In this document: in pieces, positions 24,805 through 38,000 of the stretch
Position numbering within the stretch: position 1 is the stretch's first letter
How the letters are laid out: each line of letters starts with the position of its first letter
Assembly: GCF_006345805.1 (NCBI RefSeq)
Contig: NC_043001.1
Location: forward strand, 5,952,001 to 6,016,000
Source: Octopus sinensis
Lineage: Eukaryota
Length of the DNA: 64,000 bases
Reading direction: 5' to 3'
Position numbers and translations under genes: made by a program
The notes under the pieces: generated by a model
What the model was told of the DNA's origin: nothing
The model's input: only the letters and a program-made list of their open reading frames with translations
The model's database searches: none

Positions 24805-26093
24805 CGAGGGGCGTTCAATAAGTAATGCCCCTGACCCACTCCCCATAGCAGTAAAGCAACGAAACTTGGCATAGTTATTAGTCTTTTTCTACATAGGAAC
24901 CACCCAGAGTTACGCATTTCTCCCAATGTTTGATGCAGCTCTGGAGGCCGTTTTTGTAGAAGACCCCAGCTTGGTCCCCAAACCATGACGTGACTTCAGA
25001 AATCAAGGCTGCATCATCTGGGAAACTCTTTCCTTTCAAAAACAACTTCATAGCTGGGAAGAGGTGAAAATCAGAGGGTGCAAGGTCAAGAGAGTAGGGG
25101 GATTGGGGAGGAGTTCATAGCCGCACGCCTGTGCTTCTGATCTGGCGACACGCGAGTTGTGGACCGGAGCGTTGTCCTGCAGGAGAAGGATGCCTTTGCT
25201 GATCTTTCCCCGCCTCTTGATTTTGATAGCTTCTCTTAATTTCCTCAAAAGTGAAGCATAATAGGCTCTTGTAATTGTGGTACCTTTTGTCAGGAAATCT
25301 GTCATCACTACTCCGCCCTGGTTCCAGAAGATTGTGAGCATGACCGTGCCAGCGGAGGGCTGCACCCTTGCCTTCTTTGGAGGAGGTGAGTCACGGTGCT
25401 TCGACTGCAATGATTGGGCTTTGGTCTCTGGATCATAGTGATGGACCCAGGTTTCATCCTGTGTAATCAGTCTTTTGAAAAAATTTGACTCATCTTGGCC
25501 CATCTCCAAATTCGTCCTCGTGCCCTCGACGCGTTCTTGCTTCTGGAAAGGTGTGAGCAGCCTGGGAATCCATCTGGCAGACACCTTTTGCATATGCAAA
25601 TGGTCATGAATGATAGTTTACACAGACCCGGTACTAATCTTGACGTAATAGGCTATTTGGTGAATAGTTATGCCTCGATCTCCCAAAATGGCAGCCTCAC
25701 CTTGACGGACAGTTGCCTCATCAATGGCAGAAGTGGGGCGACCAGATCTGGGAGCTGTTTCCACAGAGTTCCGACCATGTTTGAATTCACGATGCCAGCA
25801 TTTTACAAGGTCATATGATGGGGCATCATCACCATAAGTTACTTTCATTTCATCAAAAGTCTCCTGTGGTGTGCAACCTTTGAAATACAAATACCGGATC
25901 TCTGCTCGACACTCAACAGGCTCCATTTAACACTTGACTCAGTACAAACACCTGTAAATCAGAAACCACAATAAGTTCAGAGCTGTAATTTGCCACTTAA
26001 TCTATAGAGATATAATTAATTGCACATGCAAAATTTCAGCTAGATCAAACAAACGCAAGTGAGTCAGGGGCATTACTTATTGAACGTCCCTCG
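24805..26093 (-). mobile_element. Full-length mariner transposon (1289 bp), irritans/Himar1-like
   Basis: 31-bp TIRs CGAGGGGCGTTCAATAAGTAATGCCCCTGAC (24805-24835) and 26063-26093 with 1 mismatch; TA duplications at 24803-24804 and 26094-26095. Confidence 0.96.
24878..25926 (-). pseudogene. Mariner D,D34D transposase with two frameshifts
   Basis: MEPVECRAEIRYLYFKG...RSGRP (HTH region), WIPRLL, ITQDETWVHHYDPETK, LLQDNAPVH; YSxDLAPSDFHLF is recovered after a frameshift near 25095; a second frameshift lies near 25610. Confidence 0.93.
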
Positions 26094-26130
26094 TAAGAGA
26101 AACATTTATAGCTATGTATATATTTATAAG

Positions 26131-26179
<49 letters not shown>

Positions 26180-26828
26180 GATGTGTGTTTATCTGTTTAT
26201 TCCTACATACTTCTACGTATGATTGCTTATGTATATATGTCATGGCTTTCATATTACAGGGAATCTCATGGTGGGGCTCTACTTAGAGAGTCTTGAAGGT
26301 GTTAGGCGCGTGGAGTCACGCCGTAATTGCTATTTCTTGTAGATCCTTTCTGGCTTGTCTTGGTCCCGTCTGTGTCTTAAACATTTTCTGAGGAGTCAAA
26401 GAGGCTCACGTTTTATTTTTTCAGAAACGTACGGAAGACAGTTCCTGTTGAACAATGACACCTCGATACAAAACTTGCCGTAAAAATAGGCCAAGTAATC
26501 TTGCAATGTTGTGGCGAACGAGAGCGTGGCAAAGATGTTATACAAACTTTTGTCACGTTTGTCTAATAAAATACAGATATCGCATTAGGACTTTTTATAT
26601 TATCAATTTGACATCATGATATTGTGGGTCACTTTTGTATTTGATACAGCCTTATAGCGATGCATGCTGTGGAAATTAATATACACACGACTGTCGGGAT
26701 AAGGGTAAATCAGTTCAGCCCTGTCAAATGTGAGCCTGCAATCATCTGGTGAGTTGAGGTGTTCAATACATGCATATGTTACGTGTATATATATAAATGA
26801 AAGAATGGAGTTGAACGACGAATTAACA

Positions 26829-26938
26829 AAATTCCTTTATTTTATTTTCGACATATGTTTCGAAGGCTGCATATTCCTAATTTCGAAGCAATAAGGGGTG
26901 CATTATGCCCCCTTCTCATCAGGAAAAGCAAGGAACTT
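26829..26938 (-). ncRNA. Type I hammerhead ribozyme (left arm copy)
   Basis: Reverse complement TTTTC-CTGATGA-GAAGG...CCTTC-GAAA-CATATG-TC-GAAAA: intact core; helix II has two fewer pairs than the right copy. Confidence 0.75.
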
Positions 26939-27674
26939 ATGTCAGCATCAAGATGCACAAAAACTTTTAGATGACTGCCCACACGGAACCCATAGCGATA
27001 ATGAGTGTTTCTTTAAAATATTCCGTTATAAGCAGTGACGTATAAAATGGTTGAATGTAGAAGATTCTAGAAGGTTCAAGGGTTCAAACAAGGATGGAAG
27101 AGAGAGACCTAAGAATAGGAAGGTAAAAGGGTGCAGGTCAAATGAATTTTAATAATATAGTCCCATTTATATATCACCCCCATAGTCAATTTTTATACTC
27201 TTAAAGGACTACTACCCAACACAATGAGGTGTGTTTTACCTTTGTCTTTCTAGCTCACCCTCCCCTCTCTCTCTCTTTCCCTCTCTCTATCGTAAGCACA
27301 ATCAAACACACAGACACAAACCTGTCACTTAACCACTGTCTGTTTTTGGCATCTACCCGTCCACACACACAATCACGCACACACATACATCACATAGCCA
27401 TTAATGCAGTTATATACATACACACACATAGGCACTCATTCACAAAAGAAAACAACAAAACCACCATTCATTTGACCTGCACCCATTTACCTTCCTATTC
27501 TTAGGTCTCTCTCCTCCATCCTTGTTTGAACCCTTGAACCTTCTAGAATCTTCTACATTCAACCATTTTTGACGTCACTGCTTATAACGGAATATTTTAA
27601 AGAAACACTCATTATCGCTATGGGCTCCGTGTGGGCAGTCATCTAAAAGTGTTTGTGCATCTTGATGCTCACAT

Positions 27675-27784
27675 AAGTTCCTTGCTTTTCCTGATGAGAA
27701 GGCGGCATAATGCACCCCTTATTCCTTCGAAATTAGGAATATGCAGCCTTCGAAACATATGTCGAAAATAAAATAAAGGAATTT
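27675..27784 (+). ncRNA. Type I hammerhead ribozyme (right arm copy)
   Basis: Helix I TTTTC (27686-27690)/GAAAA (27764-27768); CTGATGA 27691-27697; helix II GAAGGC (27698-27703)/GCCTTC (27746-27751); GAAA 27752-27755; palindromic helix III ACATATGT; GUC cleavage triplet ending at 27763. Confidence 0.82.
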
Positions 27785-27976
27785 TGTTAATTCGTCGTTC
27801 AACTCCATTCTTTCATTTATGTGTATTTAAAAAAAAACACACAAATTTCCACACGATAGCACGTGATCTCTGCCCTAGGCATGTAGCTTCAACCGTTTTT
27901 TTTTTCTGACGTGAATTTGCTACCCAGGTATCGGTTAACCGAATTATCCATAATAAGATACTTAATTCAACTACTC

Positions 27977-28055
<79 letters not shown>

Positions 28056-28206
28056 TGTGTGTGTAATGAACTCTCTCGTCCTTGGACGACGTATGAGGAT
28101 TCGATATTTTTTTCAATAATTTCTTGCCAAACAACCGCACGAATGATTATATTGATCAAGTGTTTCTGTACACATAAGCGCACCCCCTACATCAAATTGG
28201 CATTAC

Positions 28207-28375
28207 CTGTACAGGTGAAACTGGGTGCCACATGTCAGATATCGAAATGATCGCAGAGCAACATAAAATGAAGTGCTTTACCCAATAACACAATGCCATA
28301 TCCAGTCTAGGAATCGAACGTACGATCCCGCAATCGTGAGTGCAACACCTTAACCACTAAGCCATGTGTCTACAC
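28207..28375 (-). mobile_element. tRNA-derived SINE, family 4 (partial)
   Basis: Reverse complement CACATGGCTTAGTGGTTAAGGTGTTGCACTCACGATTGC...GTTCGATTCC; body shared with 40776-41072. Confidence 0.75.
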
Positions 28376-29932
28376 AGATATATGTGGATTCGTGCGCGTG
28401 AGTGTGTCTGTGTATGTGTTGTGTTTGCAGTTGAGTACAGATATTGTATATTGAGAAACAGGAGACAGAATTTTGGATAATTTTTATTATTTTATTAGTG
28501 CTTTCGTTTGTTTACTGTAAACGTGAACTCAAAATCAAAATCAAAATCAAAACAGAACGATTCTTTGTTTATTTCTATGAAACAGACGCTATGTTTCTCT
28601 GTTTAGAAGAGGAGACACAGATACACACACATACCGAAATACATACAAAGACATGTATATATGTATGCACCCACATATCTCTGCATGGATACAGAGTGGC
28701 AGGTTATACAAACGTCATTTCAATAATTCTAAGCCAAATTATTCATTTACAGTAAAATTTGGTCCATGGAATGTTCTAGAGACCTGGGCAGTACATTGTA
28801 CATCTAATTGAAGAAAAAAACAAACTCGCACCTTCTACGCATTCACGCAAGGTTGGAATGAAAATTACAGAAAGAGTAAATGCGTCCGCAGAGTTGGTGA
28901 CCATCTTGACCAAGCAAATGAATGTCCTCTATTCAACATATAGACCCCACACTGTATACATAATATAGTTACTTTCATGTATGTTTTATATTGACAATAC
29001 AAAAATATATTAAGGTATATATCTGATCATAGCAAATCCCATTCAATATGGATGTCGCATAATGTCTTCCGAATATACAATATCATTTTCTCTCTCTCAC
29101 ATCATCAGGTTACTTTTTTCTGGAAGAAATAATTAACTTTCACTCCAATAGATGATGATTTATCCATTATCGCAGAAGATAGCGATTTCAAAAAAATTCG
29201 TGAAGGTCTTATGTGATTCTACAAAAGGTTTGCCTACAGAAAATTCAAATATTAATGAATTCTTAGCGAATAAGATATGTAAAGGTTTACTTAGAGAATA
29301 TTCTACCGAAGTGTATATAAATATTTAAAAAATGTGTTGCAAAAAAGAATATAAATACGGAATTTCGAAGAAACGTATTTTAAGATAAGGAATCCTTCAG
29401 CGTGAACGAAAATATCATTTGCATTAATATGCAGTGGAATCCATGAGGTAACGATACTCTCTCCTCTGACTGAATTTATTTCAGAACTAGAAGTAAAAAT
29501 TACTTTCTCTCTGAGCGAAGGATTATCTTATCCTTTCTTCTATTTATGTATTTCATTTTGTTTCTCATCGGAAGTACAACTGGAATAACTTTCAGCATTT
29601 ACTGCTGTTTTACATTATCGGTATCAGTAAATACACACACACACACACACAAACACACACATATATGTATATATGTATATATGTAGAGAGATAAAAATGT
29701 GTGTATATGATTGTGTGCATATATACATATACATATATATGTATGTATATATATATATATATATTATTGGAGTAGATAAATGAATTATCTTATTACGGAT
29801 AATTCAAATGATAACCGATACCTAGGTAGCAAAAATCACAACAGAAAAAGCACGGTTGAGGTTACGACCATGGGGAAAATAATAAAAAAGGAATTTTGAT
29901 TAATCTTCGTTCAGCTCCATTTCTTCCTACAC

Positions 29933-29985
<53 letters not shown>

Positions 29986-30899
29986 ATGTGTGCGCGCGTC
30001 AAACAAACATATACTTGAACTCTTAACAATATATATTTACTTATATTCATACAAAAATATGCAGATATATGCGTCTATATGTGTATGCGCAGATACATTC
30101 ATGCACATATGTGTGTATGTGGGTGATGTTTATGTATGCGTGTGGCCATACACAATATACCACGTGCTTTACTGATCATTATATGCAAACTTATTTTTTT
30201 CATATTGATGTGGAATAAACTTTCTCTGATTTGCACGACATTTATAACATAGAAGTTTCACATTTTAGAAAAAGAAAAAAAATAATCCCGATTTTTAATA
30301 AATGAAGCTTTTCATTTTTGAAATATGTTTTCATTGAAATATCATTCTGTTTTTAATTATCCCGAGAGGGTAAATGAAAATCGGTGAACGAAAGATAATA
30401 TTCGCTGGAAAATATATCCTATATTTCAATCGTAGCTAGATGTATCCGAACTTTTATAAGTAAGTGCATCAGAGTGACTTAGCGCTATTTGAAATATCAT
30501 TTTGGTGCAAAAAAATTTTTTTTTAAATACGTACGTGTTGGTAAATGTAAAAAATAAGATAAATGATAATTATGGATTCTGTACCAAGAATATTGTCGCG
30601 ATCTGTTCCCCTACTCTGATCATATCTCGTCGATTTGGGGAAGCGTTTAATAATTATCCACGCTCATCTATGATGCACGTAAACTACACAAGAGTCGTTT
30701 TTATAGAAACTAGGTTGGAGATATTCCCAGTGCTCTTAAATGTGTATTTCATTTCTGTGTGTGGGAAGCAAAATTATTTACATTTTAATGTTTCACATTG
30801 AGTAGCTTTAAGTGCTGTTTCCTTCCGAACACAAAGTGCAAACTGTCTATATATGCATATTCACTGTCAGGGAACTGGTTACTTGGAAGTATAATTAAA

Positions 30900-31158
30900 A
30901 TGTGTTATATAATATGGGACAATTCTTCGGTTGCCATAATAAAACTTCGAGTTTCGGATGTCGGGGCGGAAAACTGCGGCAGCATCTCTTCAGTTATCGA
31001 GGCAATCAAAATACGCTTTGAAAATGACTGTTAAACAAAGGTAAATTACTATGTAATTCACCGTTATTAAGACAAAACAGCTATTAGAATGACCTGACAT
31101 CCGAAACTCGGAGTTTTATTATGACAACCGAAGAATTGTCCCATATTATATAACACAT
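30900..31158. repeat. 66-bp inverted repeat (30900-30965 / 31093-31158)
   Basis: 3 mismatches by manual alignment; 127-bp spacer. Confidence 0.9.
30938..30998 (-). ncRNA. Candidate type I hammerhead ribozyme, second family
   Basis: Reverse complement GATAA-CTGAAGA-GATG...CATC-C-GAAA-CT-CGA-AG-T-T-TTATT: core intact, 5-bp helix I, helix II with one extra C, GUU triplet. Confidence 0.5.
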
Positions 31159-31264
31159 ATCATATTATAGATAAATTCCTCAATTTACATATGGGCTTCT
31201 CTTTGATTATCCAGTTGTCTTACCATTACTATTAATATATATATATATATGTGTGTGTGTTTGT

Positions 31265-31296
<32 letters not shown>

Positions 31297-31344
31297 GACG
31301 GATTCTGCCTTCAAATGAGGGTAACATTAAAATAAAGCGCAAAA

Positions 31345-32030
31345 CAAGTCCTACATAATGTTTCATTTGGAGCCAGCTGGTGCCTTGCAAACATTTTGGC
31401 AAATTCGACAAGTTGGTCACTCTTCTGCTTGTGGATCATATGCTATGTGTTTTCCTGAGTGTACGGCAAGGCCTCCTTTACTTAGCTCTACATAAGCACT
31501 ATAGCAGTCCATGTTTCCATGTAGAGGAGAATCATTTATTCTGTGTGCCATCATGCTTGCACGATGTTGGTCCCGATGTTGAAGTCGACTTAGCATAAAT
31601 CTTTGAAATCAGGTGAAGCAGGACCTACGCCATGTTCTGCGTTCTGGAGTATTGTTTTTCCAAAGAAGAAAAAGGAATGCCTCATCTCTTCAGATTGACG
31701 TTTAGTTTGTCTTAAATGCGCAAGAGTAGCCTTCCAACTGACCTTCATGTTGGGAATTAGCCAAAGAGAAGTTGCTTTGGAATTCTGATATCATTCATAT
31801 GTGAGAGATGACCTGATCATCCAAGATGCATTTTGATGAGGATGGCTTCCGGTCGATGTGTTTTCACTGCTGAGCACGATAAAGCAGTAATGTCAAATCC
31901 ACCGATTGTTGAAAACCAATCAAGATATATATTGTAGATTGTCACCTCCACAATATATTAGGATCTTAGCCAGATCCTTAATTTCAAAGGTAATTCAATT
32001 ATTAACGGTCACCGCCTCATCCAGCCATTT
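31345..32030 (-). mobile_element. Decayed RTE-clade LINE 3' region
   Basis: Minus-strand G*SGHLSHMNDIRIPKQLLFG (cf. RWAGHxxRMxDxRIPKQLLFG) and a terminal CRICQNVCKAPAG cysteine motif. Confidence 0.7.
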
Positions 32031-32849
32031 TAATTGCAATTAATGCTAAATTATTCTCAACGGATTTTTAAGGGTGAAACCTACCCGTATATCCTTCTCG
32101 TGCTTTAGCCATTAACTAGCAACTTAATATGTAAGTATATTAAATCTCGTTGCACTAACCACCATCCAACTCTTTTCTTGTGTCCATCTTGTGAATCTGG
32201 TTCCTGTGTAACCGCAAAAGTTCTTTTCTTTTATTAAAAACTTCCTGTTTGACTGTAAATATTGGCACTTCTGTAGGTTGAACTATCAAGAAATCCAAGT
32301 GGAGAGGTAATTTGAAGATCGGATGCATTTTGATTTTGATGTGATTAAATCTTGAAATATCTTTAATTAATTAAATTAAAGGTGTGTACTAAATTCATTT
32401 TGATACCAATCTTAAGTGTCTTTCGATTAACCTTATAAGTATGTGTGTGTCGGTGCGTGCGTGTGTGTGTGTGTGGGGGGGGGGGCTATAGCCGTGTTAG
32501 GTTCCCATTCGTTCTTGACTACGCTGATAACTATCAAAACAATTAATTTAACTGATGCACAGTTTCCAGGATAATCCTGAATTAATTCAATGACTTATCC
32601 CAGAGGGTATTTCTCAAAACGATGCCATTCCTGCAAGTTTATGCAGTCCGCTGTCCCTGATCTATGATTAGATATTGATACACCGTCCAGTTGCCATTTA
32701 AACGGAAATAAAACGCGAAACGCAGCCTTTTATTCTCTCTTACAAAATACCAATTCTCCACATTGATTACACCATTCCTAATCATTTTCTCTCTATTTAG
32801 TGAAAGTTTTCGCTTTTCCCTCTTTCTGCATTTTATCACTCTGCTTTCT

Positions 32850-33132
32850 TTTCTTCTTTTTTTCTTTCTTTCTTTCTTTCTTTCTTTATTCTTCTTCTTC
32901 TACTTATTCATCTTCTCCTCCTCCTCCTCCACCTCTTTCTTCCTCTTCTTCTTCTTCTTCTTCTTTCTTCTTTTTCTCCTTTTTCTTCTTCTTTCTTCTT
33001 TTTCTCCTTTTCTACTTCTTCCTTTTTCACTTTCTTGCTTTCAGCTTTCAATCACATTTTTTTCACACATTCTCTTTGTCTTTCTTTCTTTCTCTCTCTC
33101 TCTCAATCTCACTCTCACTTTCTATCTATCTA

Positions 33133-33217
<85 letters not shown>

Positions 33218-33259
33218 GTCTATCTATCTATCTGTCTATCTGTCTATCTATCTATCGAC

Positions 33260-33339
<80 letters not shown>

Positions 33340-33375
33340 TTATCTCTCTATCTCTCTATCTATCTATCTATCTCA
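32850..33375 (+). repeat. Polypyrimidine (TTC/TCC)n tract followed by (TATC)n
   Basis: Read directly; explains the long low-complexity ORFs 32763-33503 and 32800-33681. Confidence 0.95.
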
Positions 33376-34590
33376 GTAACTCTTTCTTTATATATTTCTG
33401 TATTTCCTTCTTTCCTTCCTTTTCCCTCCCTCGTTTTCTCCATTTATGCCATTCTTTCTCACAATCATGTCCCCTCTTTCTTTCATTTCTTCTTTTGTGT
33501 TAAAACAAATAAGATTACGGGATTTTTTATCCAGTATGTATTTTGCGCTTATACGCATATCAACATGAAACCAGCCGATACAGATTTTTTCCTTCACTTC
33601 CACACGGTCTCAGTTCCCTGGCGGTGCTGCATTCGTCATGTTGTAAATAAACATGGCAAGGGGGAGAAAAAAGACTCATAGAAACATGTACAAAACGTGT
33701 GAAGAAGCGAAAGAGAAACAAAACGAAAGTGGGAAAGAAAATGTACACAAGAAGAAAGAAGAAAAATGTAGAAGAAAATCAAGCTCCGCATTATAGGATG
33801 AGTAATTTTGGAAGTATGCTTTCGCCAACATGTGCTGTATCAGGAAATAAGGCATTCATATAATAATTATAAATAAAATGCTATCAAATTTCTGGCTGAC
33901 TATAGAAAATAATTGAAATAATACAAATTTGAAAATAAAAATAATTATAATCTTAAAATAAAATGGTATTTAAAAATATCTCTTTTGAGTGAATTTTCTC
34001 ATAAAATCTCTATCATTTACTCCTTTATCGCTGCCATCTCCTTCTTTTTCTTCCTGTGATTCTTACTCTCTTCTGTGTGTCAATAGCTTTTTTTCACTCA
34101 TTGTCTGCTCCATAACCTAGTATGTGCACTCAGCATATGACTCATATGCTGTCTATTTATTTGAGAGTCTCTTTCCTGCGACCTTCTCTGCAGAGGAGAA
34201 TCAACGAAACCAGTACGTTACTCGAAAACGTTTGGAAAAGTAAAAACTTTGAGATAAAAGTTAAAGGGAAAGTCTACCTCGGCGAAATTATGAACTTAGT
34301 ATATAAAGACGGACGAATTTCTACAAAGCGTCTTTACGAGGCATGTTAAAGATTCTGGCAGCTCGCCAATTTCCAAATGATGAATATTACAACGAATCTG
34401 TAACAAACTATAAATCTGTGGACGAATAGAAAGATATATATATATATATATATAAAGAGAGAGAGAGAGAGAGAGAGAGAGAGCAGAATTTCTTACGCGT
34501 GAATATTGTGGTAAAGATCTGCGTCAACAAATGTGCCCCTCTGTAGGTATTCAAAAACACACTACAGCATAAAACCCATAATTATTTAAT

Positions 34591-34795
34591 CAAATTTTGG
34601 GACATTGCCGTCAATTTCAGGGGATGGTGCCAGTCGATTATATCGATCCCCAATTCTCAATTGATTCTTATTCTATCACCCGCGAAAGTATTGAAGACAA
34701 AATTCAAACTCAGTAGAGTGTAAACTCAGAATGCAAACACTGACGAAATGCTGATAATCATTTCACCCACCTTGCAAACTATTCTGCTTGCTACC
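34591..34795 (-). mobile_element. tRNA-derived SINE, family 1 (highly diverged)
   Basis: GTCGATTATATCGATCCCC...AAACTCAGAA...GACGAAATG matches the family 1 body. Confidence 0.6.
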
Positions 34796-36150
34796 TTAAA
34801 ACCTAGTTATAATAGAAATTGATAGGAACTGGATAGACCAATGTGCATATTTAACATTTTCTTGGCTGCTAAAACGATCTTTAATTCATTGGTGTCATAA
34901 CATTGTTCTCTTTTTATTTAATGTAGTCGGTAGACATTGCATATACGATACATGGATGTTCATTACTTCCATTATTTCCAAAATCCAATGTCTGGATTTC
35001 TTGTACTTATTTTGTATTTGTATTTACTCCGGGTAAGTCGAGCAATACTACCATTCTTGTCATTGTTTCCAGGTTAAATAGAAGTGGTTTATTATCCAAA
35101 TGATTTTTTAAAAAAATTTAGTGAGATTGGCTGTTATTTCTACAAAACTAGTGACCACGTTGCGTTCATGTTTCTCGAAGTTACAATATATGGGATGATG
35201 TCATCGATATAATTATCTAAATTGCTCTTCAAAATTTGTCTTCATCAGTATTGCAAACTTAATTTGTTTGAATTCAAAGTAAAATTATGCTCAGGGGTTC
35301 CATTTGCGATAACAACTATTAAGCGCCTATGTCGAAGAGCGAATCAAATACGAAGATCAATCAATGATCACCAAAGACGCTGATTGAATATTGTTTCACA
35401 GAAACAATTTTCAAACTCTCCTTCGAAGTTCCGTTTGATAACTGTAATTAAATCTAACGCTAATTGTTCTATAAAAATTTATATTTTGTTTTTCAGAAAT
35501 AATCAATTAATTTTGAATATGAAACGATTTTAATTATTTCTGCGTAATGAAATGCCAGAATTGCATTTAAAGCAGACTCGTCCATTATTTAATATTATGA
35601 AATCGTCATTTGTTTATCAATTTGTTTTGTAACAAATTACTGGATCGTAACTTCTAAGTAGGCACGTGATTATATTAATCTTAGAGGTCGAATTCTTAAA
35701 TGAAATGGTAGTTAATACCAGTCATAATAATTCCAGAGTTGACAAGTTAACTATTAACATATTTCCCAAGATAATCTAAATCTCTAAGAAGTGCTAACTG
35801 AAACACAAGTTAAAACCATCGAAATGTTTGTCTTGTAATATTATTAAAATAGGAGATACAATTACATTATAATTGTTTGGTGATGTTGGAACGTACATCT
35901 TTTTGTATGTTTCGAGTTCGGTTCAAGAATACATGCTTTATATGAGGCCGAAATAAAATAAAGTATTTCTTTATATACTTCCAAAACTAAAATTAAACAT
36001 TGTTGGAGTGGTTAAGAAACTCGCAATGCAATCAAAGGGTTTCGGCTTCAGTTGTACTGTGCGGTATCTCAGATATTGTTTTCTACCCTGGCCTCGAGTG
36101 AAATAGGTCTTTGTGAGTGAATCAGTTTCTACGTGATCTTTTAGTATATA

Positions 36151-36543
36151 CTAGCAGTATCGCCCGGCGTTGCTCGGGTTTGTAAGGGAAATAACTATAT
36201 AAGCATTTTTAGAGAGTTATAGCCAAAAAATAGCAAAAACATGCATTAAAAATTGAATAAAATGATGGTAATTTTTTTTTAAATCGTTGACTCATCGTAG
36301 ACATTTTTAGAGCGTTACTTCCCTTATATAATAGCGAAAAAATGCATTAAAATGGAAAAAAATGATGGCAATTTTTTTTTAATCGTAGACTCATCGTAGA
36401 CGCGCGCTAATACCCAGAAGGGCTCGATATGAATCACGACTACAAGATACCCGGTTTTGGTTAAACTGCACCACAAAATGTGGGAGTAGTTAGGAATCTA
36501 AATCGTAGGAGACAGACACACAACTTCACTTTTATATATAAAG

Positions 36544-36544
<1 letters not shown>
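36151..36544 (-). mobile_element. Non-autonomous Helitron (same family as 14897-15293)
   Basis: On the minus strand: A|TC start at 36544, hairpin CCCGAGCAACGCCGGG, CTAG|T end at 36151; inserted between A and T. Confidence 0.88.
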
Positions 36545-36598
<54 letters not shown>

Positions 36599-36601
36599 TA
36601 T

Positions 36602-36642
<41 letters not shown>

Positions 36643-37307
36643 AAATAGATATAGATACGTGCATACCGAGGGCGGTATGCACGTATCTATATGTGCATGC
36701 TTGTGTGCAATATTTCTGTCTTTGTGTTTGTCATTCCACCCCAGCTTTACAGCAATCGTTGGTTTGGTTACCTTCTTTTAACTCACCGGTTTGGAGTTAA
36801 AAGGTGAAGTACGAGGCTTAAAGAACCAAAAGAAAAAATGACGATGAAAGTGGCATTGACTGATTTGACTTGTTCGACTAAAACAGTTGTCTAATACAAT
36901 TTAGTGGGAATTTGAACTCAGGGAGTAAAAATGGACGCAATGTCACGAAACTTTTTGTCCAGCGTGCTAACAATTCTACCAAATCGCCGTTTTATATGCA
37001 TTAGATTATATTCCTTCAGTTTAAAGGAAGTTCATTTAAAGTGATGCGTTTCTATAGTAACATGAAGTATCTAATGATGAGTGAATATTTACTGAAAAGG
37101 AATTAAATATATCACAACACGTTTTTTTATATATTTAATCTTTTACTTCTTTCAACCACAATTGGCCACCTCTTTTAACAAATCGATGACGCCTATCAGA
37201 GTTTTACGTGTGACGAGGCATTTTGATCTTCAACATTACATTTTCATCACGTATTTGACTGCCCTTTTTTGCGAAACCTCTCTCTCTCTCGCTTCCTGTC
37301 TCTACCA

Positions 37308-37427
37308 CTTTGTCCCTCTATCTCCTTTTCTTCCTCTCTTTGTCCATCTATCTCATTTTCTTCCTCTCTTTGTCCCTCTATCTCGTTTTCTTCCTCTCTT
37401 TGTCTCTCTTTCTCTTTTCTTCCTCTC
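37308..37427 (+). repeat. Minisatellite, about 4 copies of a 30-bp unit
   Basis: CTTTGTCCCTCTATCTCNTTTTCTTCCTCT repeated in tandem. Confidence 0.85.
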
Positions 37428-38000
37428 TTTATCTCACTATAGTTATATATGTGTATGTATGTTTGTGTGAGTGTATATCTGTGTATGTGTGTGCGTGTGT
37501 GTGTGTGTGTTTATACGAATGTCCTGGGCGCGGTTAGCGTCGACTAAATTCATTCAAAATGTATCGGTGACCACAAACAGTGAGCGAACCAAAAGTTTCT
37601 TGTGGAAAGGCGAAATTAATACGCAAAAACAAAAAAAAAAAAGGTTCCTGTCGTCGTTAGAAACCGCGGAGATATATGAAAGTAAATGTGAAAAAATTTG
37701 ATATATTTGCTATTATAAACATAAAGCTGTTATCTTCTTCAGCTGATAGTTATGATCGAAGTCTTTGACTAAGAATGTTTGCAAGACGTCAGCTAGTGTG
37801 ATTAGGCGAGAAAGATTTCTGTATTGAACACGAGACTCGACATCTACAAAAAGCTGTATTCCGGTAGACACGCATAAATCGGCTTGTCCTGGTGCTAAAC
37901 TGAGTGAGAAACTAAGTCTACCACTCTAAGAAGAAGGAATCGGTGTATGATATTTAACGGTGACATATCTACAGGAATAGTTAAAAAAAGGAAACATTAC

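Larger units (their letters stand above)
26793..27820. repeat. 355-bp inverted repeat (26793-27147 / 27466-27820) with a 318-bp spacer; Penelope-like or retrozyme-like element
   Basis: Manual alignment gives about 9 substitutions and no indels between the arms; each arm carries a hammerhead motif. Confidence 0.92.

Noticed and set aside
32763-33681. Long ORFs of 246 and 293 aa
   Set aside because: Translations of (TTC)n and (TATC)n repeats, which lack stop codons in those frames; not genes. The same applies to the many [12 protein letters not shown] and poly-I ORFs in the track.
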